Positions 39,145 to 52,256 of a stretch of 64,000 nt of DNA are shown here, piece after piece. The position numbers and the translations under genes are program-made. Origin of the DNA: Lama glama (Eukaryota); NCBI GenBank assembly GCA_028534125.1, contig CM052817.1:81160001-81224000 (forward strand), in the 5' to 3' direction. A model generated the notes under the pieces. That model was not told the origin of the DNA. It did not search any database and saw only the letters and a list, made by a program, of their open reading frames with translations. Positions within the stretch are counted from its first letter, which is position 1; the number at the start of each line of letters is the position of its first letter.

Positions 39145-39643
39145 TGAAGGGAATCACAAAATGCGACCTTAAAATATTCCTCTGACATAAATACTGTTTT
39201 GAGCTGAAGGCAATTAAGAAGCAGCAAATGCCGCAGAACTCCCTCTACTCTCTCCCTTTTCTGCCTAGAGGCAGGATATAAATTCTCCTCTTACTGGAGA
39301 TAGATTTTTAACAGCCCAGAAGCACCAAAGTGATTTGCAAACAAACCTTACTACATAAGACTCCTCCGATATATTCACCTTCCAACAGGTGCTGCCCTTG
39401 GAAGAGTAAAACTGCTTTTCTTTGTCCTGTCATTTCTCTACAAGTGTATTGTTCTTTGTTGAAGATGCTATAGAAAGCCAGAGTTCTAGCCATCACTCTG
39501 AGTTAACTTTTGGCAATATTTCTCCCATGTGTGCAGCAAACATTCATAAACTGCCTGTTTTTCTCCTGTTAATCTGTCTTTTTGTTAAAGATCCCCAGCT
39601 AAAAGCCCAAGAAGGGTAGAGGTAAAGTTTTACTTCTCCTACA
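39145..39643 (+). mobile_element. MER34-family ERV1 solo LTR
   Basis: TGAAGG...ttttgagctgaaggcaattaagaagcagca...ttttctcctgttaatctgtctttt...cctaca. Confidence 0.85.
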
Positions 39644-39659
39644 GTGTTCAGAATACAGG

Positions 39660-40700
39660 ATACGTAAGAAAGGAAAGAGGTACAACCTTGGCAAGGTGGT
39701 TTTAGATTATGTTATGGGTGGGGAGGATGGAGTAGGGTAGAAGTTAAATCCTCAATTGAGGGATTTCAACTTAATTTAATATGCAATGAGGAGGCATTAA
39801 ATAAAGGTTTCAACTGTAGGGAAGTGATCGGGCAAGAGTTGTGCTTTCAGAAGTTTACTCTCATTGTGGTATTTACTCATTCCATCTATTTGTTAACCAA
39901 TTATTTTAATAATAAAGTCATCTACAATAAATGCTATGAAAGATAAAAAGTATGACACGATAAACCTTCTGCTTTAATGAGAGTGCAATTCAGAGATGTA
40001 ACAAAGTGTACACTTTGGCTGAGCTGCCCAATACAAGTAATAAGTACCCTAAATGTATGGAAGGACCTGAGAGGAGGGAGAAACTGCTTCTGGTCTTTGA
40101 AAAGACCGATTAGGAGGCTAAGACCAGAGGCCAAGTAAGAAGAATTTAAACCACCAGAGTAACTGCAGTAGGAGCAGAGAGTCCAGAGTGAACCGATGCT
40201 GTAAAAATAAACCTAAGAGACGTGATCACGATATTGGTTAGTGAGATAATGGGAGTAAGAGTCAAATGACTGAATTTTTCAAGCCTGGATAACCAGGATC
40301 CATCCATTCATTCTCCTGTTCATTAGTTTGGCACACATTTATACAATGGTGACTGTGTGCCAGCTTGGTCAGTTGTTAGGAGAGAAGGATGAGTAAACCA
40401 GTCCCATGGCACTTACCGTCTGGTAGGGGAATGGCAACGTAAACAGAGAAAGGGCTGTGTGATCAAAACAGGAAACCAGGAAGGGAGGTTGATTTTAAAA
40501 AGGGATTTCATTTATTTTATAATATTTTGAGTTTGAGAAGATAATGAGGTATGCATTTAGACAGAAAGGAGGCCCAGAGAGATAACCTGTGATTTGTCCA
40601 GTGGAAATGGTTCAACCCATGAGAATAAATGGGCTCACTAAAGGAGAAAGTACAGAAAAGCAAAAAATAGGTTCTTAGCACAGAATCTTAGGAAATATGG
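39660..40700 (-). mobile_element. Cluster of L2 fragments
   Basis: catccattcattc 3'-end motifs and purine-rich antisense L2 segments; individual boundaries unclear. Confidence 0.5.
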
Positions 40701-42690
40701 TCCTGGGACTCATATATCCTCTAAGCCTAATTAGATGGTGTGTCCTTTATCAGTTACCAATTCCTGATGTAGTTGGACTCCTTTAAAAAACATTTTAAAA
40801 GAAAAAAGGAGCACAACATTGTAAACTGACTATACTTAAATTATATATACATATATATGGATTTTAAAAATAAAATAAAGACCATATTTAGGAAATGGAA
40901 TGTTAACTGAGTCAATTAAGGACACAAAAGAAGAGGGATTAAAAATTTGGAAACATCATGGATGCCACAAATTTCAAAGAAACTATTTTTTTTAAAAACA
41001 GCAATTAAGGAGCTCACCTTGTTCGGTGCAACAGAGAATGTGAGAAGACTGACACACATGGCAGTTATAAAACTGTGGTTGGGGCAGAAGCTAGACTGAG
41101 GGCCAACATTAGGTGTGGAAGGAAGCAGAGAGACTGGATAAGAGCTTGAGAGAGAAAGATAAATTATCAGAAAGTTGTTTTAAGACTAATAGTCATATAT
41201 GCTCACCAGTGTGTAGAAATTTTTAGAGTCAAAAAGGAGGAGAAAGCAAAATAAGGAAACAGCTAGTCAGTCAGAGAAGTGTGAGAGGATGAGACTGAGC
41301 ACACACACAGCCTTGGCAAGGGAGACAGGAACCCTTTCCTCAGATGTGTGTCAAATATGCAGAAAGAGACAGTAAGACCCAAAGTACAGGAGCAGGGGAA
41401 GGAAACTGCCGTCAGATAGTCTTGATATTCTGGATAACTTACAAGGAGAATGATGCACTGATTTGGAAAGTGTTGGGTGAAGCTTCTAAATATGAAGAAT
41501 GAAGACAATTTGAAATAACTGTGATATCAAATGCAATTATGATTCAACAAAGTGATGATTCAAATGATTGTTCAGCAGCCAAAAGGCTCAGTTGAAATCA
41601 GAGAGCATTTATCTGGAGTGGACCGATGTAGATGACTTTATGATGTCCTCTAAGAATCATGGGCTGCCTTGCAGTGGAGGAAAAGGTCTGGGTGATCCCC
41701 GTTCCCCTTTCTCATATTCTACCAAGCGTGCTGCTGGCAGGGGCGAGGGTGATCCATCTGGTGTCAGATGAGATACAAAGGGTTTTTCTCTTCATGTTCT
41801 CCATGGTTTGTTTTACCTCTTGAATGAAAAGAAGCTGTATGCCAAAGTGAAGAAAGCAAAGTCACCAAAACACAAGCCCACTCATCTATCACTGACAGTG
41901 TTTCAGACTTATTCAGCCCAGTTGTCATGCTGATGACTGTGGATAGAATTGCCAGAAACTTGAGGAGAAAAAGTCTCAGAAAGTTAGACCAAGTGGGAGT
42001 AATTCATTTTCCCAAACATGGGGCTAAATATCTCTCCAGGAGCAGTAGGAGGTCACACTCGACCTTCAGAAACTCTCTGTACTGCATGTCAGGAGCCCCA
42101 AGTACGTTCTGCCACTTTTCTGATCCCTCCTGAGGGAGCCTGGAAGACTCGGTGCCAGTCAGTGCCAGTTGGTTCTTACAGACATCCCCAGTGCTGACCT
42201 TTTGTGGATTTATATAATGTAAAGGGGTTGAGCTTTATGATGCAGGGTGGTGACTCAGATCTAGGCTCAGCCTCAGAACCCAAATGGGAACAGGGACAAT
42301 GTAGTCTTCAAGTGTCAGGAGAGGATGAGTCAAAAATATGTCATTCGTGTAATAATTTAGACAATAAAATAGCCCAACAAAATAGGTTGTTTTAAAAAAA
42401 AAAAACTTTAAGGGAGACCATTATGACAATACAAGCCTGAAGGCAGGTACATAATCGTTGTAATCCAGCCACTTAAAATTAGGAGAAATCTCTCACCAGA
42501 GAATTTTTTAACTACTGTCTTCCCCGCTTTTACAATTTATTTTGCTGTTGGTCAAGGTCCTAAGTTAGGCAGAATTATTCAAGCTCAGCTCTGTTCTCTC
42601 CCAAGCAAAGGGTCTGTTGAAAGGATGCCATAATAAAGCAAAGATAGGGCTCCTTTGTGCCTTTTGATGGAGTGAGACAGAATGGCATCA

Positions 42691-42852
42691 GATTGGGGAT
42701 AACTTTAAGCGCTATCGCTGCTATATAAGGAGATAAAACAGAAAGCATTCAGTGTCTGAGTTGTTTTGAAGCAGGAGCCTGTACTTGAGCAACGAATATT
42801 TGTAACTGGAACCGACTGTAGTCTGAACCAAGAACTGCCATTGGCTGTGAGT
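42691..42852 (+). promoter_or_regulatory. Candidate Pol II core promoter and first non-coding exon
   Basis: ATTGG 42692-42696, TATATAAG 42722-42729, Inr-like TTCAGT (A at 42751), donor CT|GTGAGT after 42846; non-repeat context. Confidence 0.45.
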
Positions 42853-43231
42853 AATGAATTCTGTGCGTGAGGTCTGTGTTATTGCCTCTGCTCCCCAGTA
42901 TCTTGGTTCCAAGGAATATGCTGTTGGATTTAAGCAAATTTATGAAAGAATAGTGTAGTATAACTTTCTAGAACTGATGGAGACAAGGAAAAGGAAGGCC
43001 TGAAGTATGAAGCACTCTCAGCCAGAAGGGTGGAAAGGAAGCAGTCCAGTATGTGTTAATGACTTTATGTGTCTGACTGTCTCTGATACATTATGCCATC
43101 ATAAGTATGCAACTTAAGTATATTAAGCTAATTTTTTAAATCATGAAACTAACGCTAAGTATTTAAGAACCTTGCTCATTCACACAGTTGAAAATAGCAA
43201 AGCCAGTGGCTGAACTCATCAAATTTATCCT

Positions 43232-43421
43232 TGCTTGGTTTGTCTGAAAAATGGACTTTGGACCAGCAGCACTGGCATCACTTGGAGATGTGGCAGCAAT
43301 GAAAATTCGCAGGCCCCATCCGAGACCCACTGAGTCAGAAACTTTGAGTGGGGCTTAACCATCTGTGGTTTAACAAGCTCTCCAGGCAATTCTGATGAAT
43401 ACGAAAGTTTGAGAGTCACTG
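43232..43421 (+). mobile_element. MER5A hAT-Charlie element
   Basis: gaccagcagcactggcatcacttgg...tttaacaagctctccagg...aagtttgagagtcactg. Confidence 0.9.
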
Positions 43422-43959
43422 AACTAGTGAAAAAGCCCATGTTCCCTCCCAGTTTGCCGCTCTCTCCCCACGATGTAAGAATATTAAGAATTGGTGTATT
43501 AAACTGATCTGTATTGAGAACATTATGTCCATATAATGTGTATACAATTTTATCATATGCTTAGCCATTTATTTATGCATTCATTTATTCATTCATTCAA
43601 CAAGTACTGTATAGAATGTTTAATACTGACAATAGGTAAATAAAAGATTAACTCTCTGAAGTGAGAGAAATAGGGCAGGCACACAGGAAACAGTTACGTA
43701 ACAACATAGGCACTGTTCAGTAACTCAGGATTTGGGATGAGAAGATGAAATTGTCATAGTAGGACCGCATGGAGAACACTGGACTCTAGCATGATCTTGG
43801 GAGAATGATAATGTAGAAAGGTGGTGGTGATGCTGGGGGGTGGGGGGTATTCTGGGCGGATAAAAGCCTAAAAAAATATGTTTGATAATTTCCAGAGCAA
43901 TATCCTGTTTTCTTAGATAAGAAAATTGCCGCAATGGTTTAAGTCACCTCCTGGTGACT

Positions 43960-44120
43960 GAAATATAAAGAATCTTGGCATCAGGATGAGGAGACCTGGA
44001 TTTTATCTTCTCACAGCTGGTGACATTTGTCAAACCCTGCATTTCCTCATTTGTAAAACAGAACCTTCAGTATAGTACTTCTAACAAAATTGTAAAGAGT
44101 AAAGGTTAAAGGAAATAATC
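43960..44120 (+). mobile_element. MIR fragment
   Basis: gagacctgga...tttcctcatttgtaaaac. Confidence 0.55.
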
Positions 44121-44849
44121 TTTGGTCAGGGTTTCTCAATCTGGCTTTTATGTATGTGCTAGAAAAATAAAGCTGAATTTTCAAATAAATTTGAAGAATG
44201 ATGGGTGAAAAATTATGTGTTCAAGAGATCATGACTGTCTCAGAGGAGAATCACTATGTGCTGTACCCCAATTTTATTGTGCCAATAAATTCCTTTATTT
44301 GAGGAGAATCTTTTAACAGCTAGGACAAGCATTTCAGGGAGTATAGTCTGAAAAATGGTGATCTGTATGACAGTGTCTGGGCACAGAGTGGTGTTCTTAA
44401 ATATTAATTTAACTAGATTCTCTGTAGACCAGTTATAGTTCATCTTAGATCTCAATGTACAATAATGGAAATGGCACAGTAATATGAATACAAAGCCAAC
44501 CATTCTAGAATCCCAGGGCTCTAGGACAGCATTTATTTCCTGTGTATCTTAAAACTTTTGCTAACTTATATTTTCCACAAAATGCACCTGTTTCTGAAAG
44601 TGTTAAGCCTTTTGACATTCTGAAGCATTAAACATGTAATGAAATTGCCAAAAAATGCATTTCATGATTGAGGCAACCAATTGATAAATGTAACCTCTTA
44701 AAGTTTCATGTGTAATAAGAAAATATTTACATACAATTATATACATATGTAATTGTACACACATATGTACATTATGTTTTATAGACAGCGCTATTTCCAA
44801 GTGAGTATTGTGATCAGTGTGTATGAATAGGATAAAACTTGTATATTGT

Positions 44850-45410
44850 ATTTTGTAGTCAACAGATAGTTTTAATTCTCACTCTATGTGTCAGATCCTG
44901 GGTGGGCAAGTTTGAAAACTATGACAGAATATTTTCCCACATGGTATTCATGAGCTAGTGAAGGGTAGCACTACCCATGTGGACGATAAGTGCTTAGAGA
45001 GAGCCAAACCTCCCATGAGAGTCAAAGAAGAAAGCAGTTCTTTCTGGAAGGAGGGACAATGGAATTCTCCATCAAGAAGACAGTTCTCCATCTGGGCCTC
45101 TAGGCATTGTTTTAGCATGTCCAAGGGAAAGAAGAGGGGATTCCAGGGGGAACCATGATTGGGGGAAAGTACAAAAATGTCGACATGTGAGTCCTGCTCA
45201 GCAAAAGTAAATAGATCTGTGTAATGAGAGAATAGAATGAGGGTAAGGAGCAGCAGGAGACTTGAGCCAGGCGTTAATGCTGAAGCAAGATTTTAAGGAC
45301 TGATAGTGAAGAAATTAAGTAAGAAATTAAGACTCTAGTCTGAAGAACATAGGGTGTTATCAGAAAGATCTGTGACAAGAAAAATCTTTACTTTAGAAAG
45401 TTGTTTCTGA
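44850..45410 (-). mobile_element. L2 fragment
   Basis: ctctatgtgtcagatcctg 3'-end motif followed by purine-rich antisense L2-like sequence. Confidence 0.45.
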
Positions 45411-45489
45411 TTTCTTATGGGAAAATATATTCTAGGTGAATCAAATATTTAAGTATAAGAGAGAATTAGTAAAAATATCTCTCTATAGA

Positions 45490-45690
45490 GAACTTATGCT
45501 GGGTACATCACAATACTCAATGCCAAGTACTGCATAGATATTCTCTCCTGTAATACTCTCACAAGACAACAAGAGGTAGAAATTCTCTTCCCCAGTTTTG
45601 ACATAAAATAATGTGCTTAAATTCACACAGCTTACAATTGTAGAGGAGAATTCAAATCTGTGTAAGTCAATGCTTTCAACTATTCCACAG
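45490..45690 (-). mobile_element. MIR fragment
   Basis: tgccaagtactg...taatactctcacaagacaacaagaggtag...cacacagct...attcaaatc. Confidence 0.6.
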
Positions 45691-45759
45691 TAACACTCAT
45701 TAAAAAGTAGTAAACTAAGTAGAAGGAACTAAAATAAAGGCTGTTTTGTTTACCTTCTT

Positions 45760-46130
45760 GAGGGTAAGAGGAGACTCTCTAGACATAGTATAAAAGTCAG
45801 AAAGGAAAATGATTAAGAAAAAACGTAGATTTTATTACATAAACATCAATACCTTCTATGTAGAATAATTATAAGCAAAGTAGAAACACAGGCAATAAAC
45901 TAGGAAAATACAAATACTTTCAACTGATATGACAGAAAAAGCATCTTACAATATATAAATATCAGGTATTTCTAAAAATAAGTAAGAAGATATGGACTCC
46001 TCTAACAGAAAAATTGGCAAAGGATATAGACAACTAGTTCCTAGAAAGAGAAATGCTAATGGGGATATTTAGGAATGGACCGAGTGTGAGGGGATACACG
46101 TATTCATGCAACATTGGCTGGTGCGTGACT
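45760..46130 (+). mobile_element. Old L1ME-like fragment
   Basis: aacagaaaaattggcaaaggatatagac...gttcctagaaagagaaatgctaatgg. Confidence 0.55.
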
Positions 46131-48559
46131 TTTCACCATCTTTCTCCAGGAGAGTTTGCCCATGTGCTGAGCAGACTCAGTGGTCCTTTGTGTCCCTTTG
46201 AAATGTAAATTGCCAAGGAGACGTGATGAGTACCACAGAGAGCAGTGAGCTAATGAGGGTCTTTTGTAAAATTTGGCTTGGAGTCATGGAATTCAAAGTC
46301 ATGGCCGCCCTTTCACATGGGATATATTCTGCAACCCTGAAATACTCAAAAAGTTGAAGACTACTTGAGATTGTAAAACTATATACATTTCTTAAATACC
46401 ATCTTCACCTACATTCAAGCATATTCACCCAAGTCAAACTTCAAAATTGAGATTTTTGGATGCATTTGATTGAGAGTCACATCTTAAGGTTATAGGAATT
46501 AAGTCTTTTAGTATGAACCTGGTTGCTCTATAGGTAAATGCCAGAACTTGGCACCTGGTTTCCTGGATTCTAACAACCAACCTTCTGCATGAGTAAATAC
46601 CGATGTAACCGTATCACCTAGGTATATCACTGTGAAATTTCAAAATTCTCTGGTCTTTTCTCAAAGACACAGCTCAATAAACAGTGAAGTCAAGAGATCA
46701 AAAGTATTTGAACTTGAAAGGGACTAGAGTTTATAACCCCTGTGGTGAAGGAGGTTATGGACAAAAGACATTTAAATAACTGGAAATGTTTCATTCTCTT
46801 AAAGTGCTACCTCAGTTGTTAAAAAATAAACACAACTGACATTTCTCCTTAATTTAACATCCTCTCACTGTATCTCTTAACATAACTTCCCACTCATTTG
46901 AATTTTTGCCAGTCGCTGTCTTTGGCTCCTTATTATCTTTTCTGTTGAACTAGGAGAAACTCCTAATCTTTGCTTTTCTCCAAGAAATACGAATACTGAA
47001 CAAAAGTTGTATTTCCTCTGTATGGGAGGATAGGAAGCAAGGAGCCTGCAGTGAATACTTCTAATTAAAGCTTCACTCTGACATCTAGGAAGCAGCTCTT
47101 TCCTGACTGTATTCCCAGGGCCATTTTTATCCATGTAAGGCGATAACTAAAATCTCACCAAGACTCTTAAGAGCTGTGCACTTCCTACCTGAATCTGAGA
47201 TGTGTTACACTGGGTTTGGAGATTTCAATCCAGCCCCTATGCTTCGAAAACAAAAATTTAAGTGATAAAAAATTAATAAGGCCAACATATAATATTCTAT
47301 ATTCTGCTACAGTCTTGTTTTTTTAGTTCTAGGATGTCTCTTTCAAACAAAAGAGTCATATTGGCCAGGGATTACTTCATGTGAACATAATTCAGCTACT
47401 TCTTATCATGGACTACCAATACAGGACATCAACTCAGGTCAGAATCTCAACAATTAATTTTGAGAAGTACCAGAGCATGACTCTTACATGCTCTCCAGCA
47501 CATCTGGTCAGCTGCCACGTAGCCTCTTCTATTTCTTTCCTATTCTTTTGTCGAAATCACCTTTCACTAAGAGAGTTTGTCATCACCACCTGAATGTCAC
47601 CACTTGGCCACCTCTACTGGGCACAATTTATTTTTTCTAACAGGATCTACTCCAATATTTATTTTCTTCTATATACAGTATCAGCTTGTCTTTGAATGTT
47701 TGTATCTTCTCTTTGAGCTTTATTTCAAAGAGGAAATAGCTCCTCTAATTTCACAGAGAATGTGCAGTCAAAAATTTAATCTATTTCATGGAGGAATTTC
47801 CCTTGTTTTCTTCTGTTTCCTGCCTCTTTCATGTTTTGTTATTTTTCTTTGCTTCCTGCTATGTTTTTTTCTTGACACCTCAGGTCCCGTCAGCAGTGTT
47901 TTCTGGCTATTCTGATCATGATGTATAGGGGTTTTATTTCAGGACCATCTATTGACTGGCAAAGAACTGGTCTAGTAGGAAGCTTGAATATAGATCTCTT
48001 ATCTCAGAATACTTCCTAACTTTGCAATTTGGAGCAAAGATTTCTTAGTGCAAGCAGTCCTTCATGGAGAGATTTACTGTTTACTTCCTTTCAGAACCTT
48101 TGAAAATTATTCTCATGTACAATCACTTCTTTATCTTGCCTCACTAATTGTCTGCTTTTTGCAAAACACTTGTTTGGATGAATGAATGAGCAAGGGTCTC
48201 CTGGGAATGGCAGTTTGGTATATTCCTCACAGACATGGCTCTCTATTATGTTTCTCCCAATCCTTCAATATTCACTTGGTTATTTCTAACCTAAGGAGGT
48301 ACCGTAACTTAGCCCCTACCCACTGTGGAAAATTTTAAATCTTATGTACTATGAATTTAAAACAAAACTTAAAAGAACATGAAGCTACAGCATAAAATAA
48401 AGAGAAAATATTTGCTAGGATTTTTACCATTTTTATTTTCTGTAATTTAGGTTTTTAAAATCAGCTTCATGAGGCTTTCTGGGTCCTGTGTTCACATAGT
48501 CTACCAATAAGCACATTGAACATCCTACATGACTAAATGTGAACCTTTAAATTTTAATT

Positions 48560-48745
48560 CTAACAGTAATTTCTAACATTTATAGAGCGCTTACTATATG
48601 CCTGGCATCAGTGCGTTATGTGAATTACTTTTAATTAATTGTCACAACAGCCGTGTGACTGGTATAAAATGGAAAATTGAAGTAAATGTCTAAGCTAGTC
48701 AGTGGTGAAGTGCATGATCCCAACTCAGGCAGTCTGATTACAATA
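48560..48745 (-). mobile_element. MIR SINE
   Basis: taacatttatagagcgcttactatatgcctggca...caactcaggcagtctga. Confidence 0.8.
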
Positions 48746-49149
48746 TGGTACCTTAGAGTGTTAAAAATGAGGACAGTGGCCTTTTGTGTTAAGTACAAAG
48801 TTGACTAATGAAACTTTGCACAAATCTGCACTAGTTTCCCATATTGGAGTCAGCTTTTCCTAGTTTTCCTAGTCCTTTTTTAATGCTTACATTTCTGCAT
48901 CAAATAATTTATAAAGCATTATTTTAGATACATGTCCTTCTAGTTGCTAGTTCAATATCCATACTCAAGAGTAAGTGTAACCAGTAGATAAACTTTTCTC
49001 ATTGCTCATTTTTATCTCAGGGAATATATAGGCAGATAGCACAAAAAAATTCTTCTTCCTCTGTCCAACATCACAGTTGAGGGAATTAGTATAGCCAGGG
49101 AATCCCATCCCTGGGTACAGTTGGATGCACAATACTGCTCTTGTCAAAT

Positions 49150-49460
49150 ATCAACAAGTGCCCAACATTCACTTAGGACTGACTGTGTGGAAAGCAGTAT
49201 CCTGGGTGCCGTGAGTGAGAGAAGGGAACTGATTGTGACTCACCCTGTTGGGCTCATATTCAATCTAAAAAGACAGACACGTAGACACAGACACAGAAAT
49301 GACCCAGTGTGATCTAGCCCTGTGACTCTTAGGTGTGCTTTGTGATGGAAGGTTCAGTCTTGAAGGAAAGGGTTTGTGCTGCCTAGAAGTTGACTCAGGG
49401 GAAATTTTACAATGGAGGTGACTTTTGAGCTGGAATGTGAAGGATGAGAAATAGTTTAAA
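49150..49460 (-). mobile_element. L2 3' fragment
   Basis: ggctcatattcaa, ggaggtgacttttgagctggaatgtgaaggatgag antisense L2 motifs. Confidence 0.6.
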
Positions 49461-51172
49461 ATTTAGTTTTTGGTCAGTTCAAACAGCTGTGCTATGAAGG
49501 TGTGATATTACTGTGATATTTTGAGACTGTTTAGCCAGACAGCTAGAACTACCCCTATCCTGTCCTACTCTGTCTAGCCTCTTCTGGAACTCCATGACAT
49601 TTTACTATAGTTCAATTGTATATACATAAAATTATTTGACTATTTTTCTTTAAAACTTGGATTTAAAATGAACAGTCAGTAAATGAAAACGAAAGGTGAC
49701 ATTTGGGGATAAAATTAGCAAACATTCTAAAGTAGCATATATCAGAAAAGTGGAATCTTCAGTAGGACATAGAATCCTGGCAAAAAGATTCTTTTCCCAA
49801 GGAAAAAGTGAAGAATTGCTTTTATGGAAAACATAGCTGATACCTCTAAAAGGTCTCTTGAATCCACCCACTTCTCTGGTTCCGCCGCCTCGAACTGTTC
49901 TTAGACTCATGATAGCTTTACTATTTGTTTGTTGTTTTCTGATTCTTTCTCACTAATCTCCCCAGTATATTCTCTGCTTTGCAAAGAGCAGATCACAGAC
50001 TTGTAACTCACATGGCTCAGACTCCTTTCTCTCATTGCATTTATCACAGTTTTAATTTTTCCATTTTGTGCACGATTATTTATTTAGTATACTTTGTCAC
50101 TAGATTTTCAACTCTTCATTAGCAGGGCCCCTGTTGATTTTGCACACCCTGTTCAGTACAGTAAACAAATAGGGACAAAGCAACTTATTGTTTCAATATT
50201 GTTTTTGACGTTTCTTTGGTAGTTTGGTCACATGACATTGTGCTGGGTTTTTTTCCCCCTTAAATTACATTACCTTTTACCACAACCTACATTCACTTAT
50301 TCAATAAATATATGTGTTATACTACATTAGGCACATGGATGGTGAGGTGAGAAATGGAAAAATGTGATCTTTGATCTGAAAGGTTCTATTTTATAGTTGG
50401 GGAAAAGGCACAAAAGGTCCTTGAACAGATGACACCTGAAATAAAGGTGTTGCAGGGTAGTATAGGATTAAATACTGAAGGAGTAACATTGACACAAAGT
50501 GTTACATAATCTCAGACATTCAGATGAGTGAGAGCTGCTGTTTGGATGGAAAGTTTCCTGAAGGAAGAAAGGAATGGAGCTAGTTCTTCACTTCTAGCTG
50601 CAAGAGCAGTGCCCAGACATTTGGAACACATGTGGGTTTTTAGAGACACCAGCTAAACATTATACCTGGGCTTATTCCGCGTAAGTTTTTATGTATCAGG
50701 AGAGTCCTTAGGGAACATCCTCTGACCTCTGTGACCTCTTCTAGGAAACAGCTCAGAGTCTGGACTGGAGCCATAACCACCAGTTGTTCTGGCTTGTACC
50801 CAAGCAATTGTGTATAGAGTGGTTGGCATTCTGTGCTGTTTAGCCCAGAGGCCCACTCTCTTGTTCTTAGTGGGATATAAAATCTCCACAGTTGAGTGGA
50901 TTTGTTATAGCTTGGCCAAAGCCTGCAGCTTAAAAGAACTTTAGCAACATCAACATGTCTGAAAATTTTCAGACTCTGGGGGAAGATTTGTGGCCATTGT
51001 GGTTGCTAGAGGGTGAGACTAAAAAAGTGCAACATACAGATGGTGAAAATACAGACCTGTTTTTAGTACAGGCATAAGGATATGCCCCAAAGATGAGAAG
51101 AAATGAGTCTCACACAATCAAACTAAGACTTAGTAAATGGATAACTAACTCACCCTCTTAATAAAGGTTAAT

Positions 51173-51680
51173 TGTAGCAGACCTTGGTTGTTCATTCTAC
51201 ATCCATTCTCCTGACTCCACTTCATCTTTCCTAGCAGAGCCCACTTCCAAGTTTGGAGGCTGAAAATGCCAGGCACAGTCCACTGGGAAAGAGTGCAGCT
51301 ATGGCATGACCAACGCTGACCAACTGGGACCTAAACTGGGGGAGGCTTTGGGAAAAGTTTTCCTTAGTAACAAAAACAGAGACCCATAGAAGGGATAACT
51401 TCTTTCTCCTTCACTGGAGAGGTCGTGTATGCCTGTGTCTTCTGGAACTATCACAGCTGTATTGAAATAGTGAACTGTGACAGTGCCGACATATTGAAGA
51501 AGGCACGGAATTCAGATGAAAAAATGATGATGGCATCAGTGAGCCAGACCTCTGCCTCTGAGCTGTCCATCCCTGTCTGGTACCCTGTTAGTGTGAGATC
51601 ATAAATGCCCTTATAATTTATACCACTTTTACTTGGGTGTCCTGTTCTCTGCAGCTCAAAGCTCATATCTGGCTATCTAA
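51173..51680 (+). mobile_element. MLT1I/J-like old MaLR LTR
   Basis: tgtagcagac start; ctttgggaaaagttttcctt; tgttagtgtgagatcataaatg...tgttctctgcagctcaaagc. Confidence 0.75.
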
Positions 51681-52099
51681 TCATATAAAATATAAAAACA
51701 AAAGGTAACATTATGTTAAAAGTAAAGATTTTAAGCCTGATTAATAGAAACATCTATTTTGTATTGTATTTGCTTATACACTAAGTTAAATCTATCCAGG
51801 TAACATAGTGCTAAAACATCAGAGGCTGACATTTATCAGTTACAGTTTTCCTCACGTATCTGAGCAACTAAAGTAAATATTCCTGGTGGATTTCAGCGTG
51901 CAGAATTCCAGAATTGGTTGGTCAGTTTTCTTTATGAAATACCGTAAAACATCCTTTTTGTCCTCTATAAATTTACTTGAAATGTCATACTCCTTTCAAG
52001 TTGAATGTAGAAACTTGGCCTCTAGTAGGTAGCCAGGTAGCGTTCCACTAAAAAAAAAAAAATCTGTAAATAACAAGGAAGTGAGCCAAATAGTCATCT

Positions 52100-52256
52100 G
52101 CCTTCTTTATAACAGTTTCTTTATAAATGACGTTATTTATGTAATTTGAAAAGGAATAAAAATTACAAATGCCAAATTGGGTGCAGGGCTGTGTAATTGC
52201 CAATTCAAGTGAGACACCCTGGCGTTTCAGCTTCAATAACTTCACTGTGCATCCAA
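52100..52256 (-). mobile_element. MER53-like hAT element
   Basis: Minus strand GTGAAGTTATTGAAGCTG...CTCACTTG...GCCCTGCACCCAATTTGGCATTTGTAATTTTTATTCC resembles MER53. Confidence 0.6.

Noticed and set aside
46223..46342. GTGATGA ... CTGA as a possible C/D snoRNA
   Set aside because: No terminal stem and no recognisable guide sequence; such motifs are common by chance
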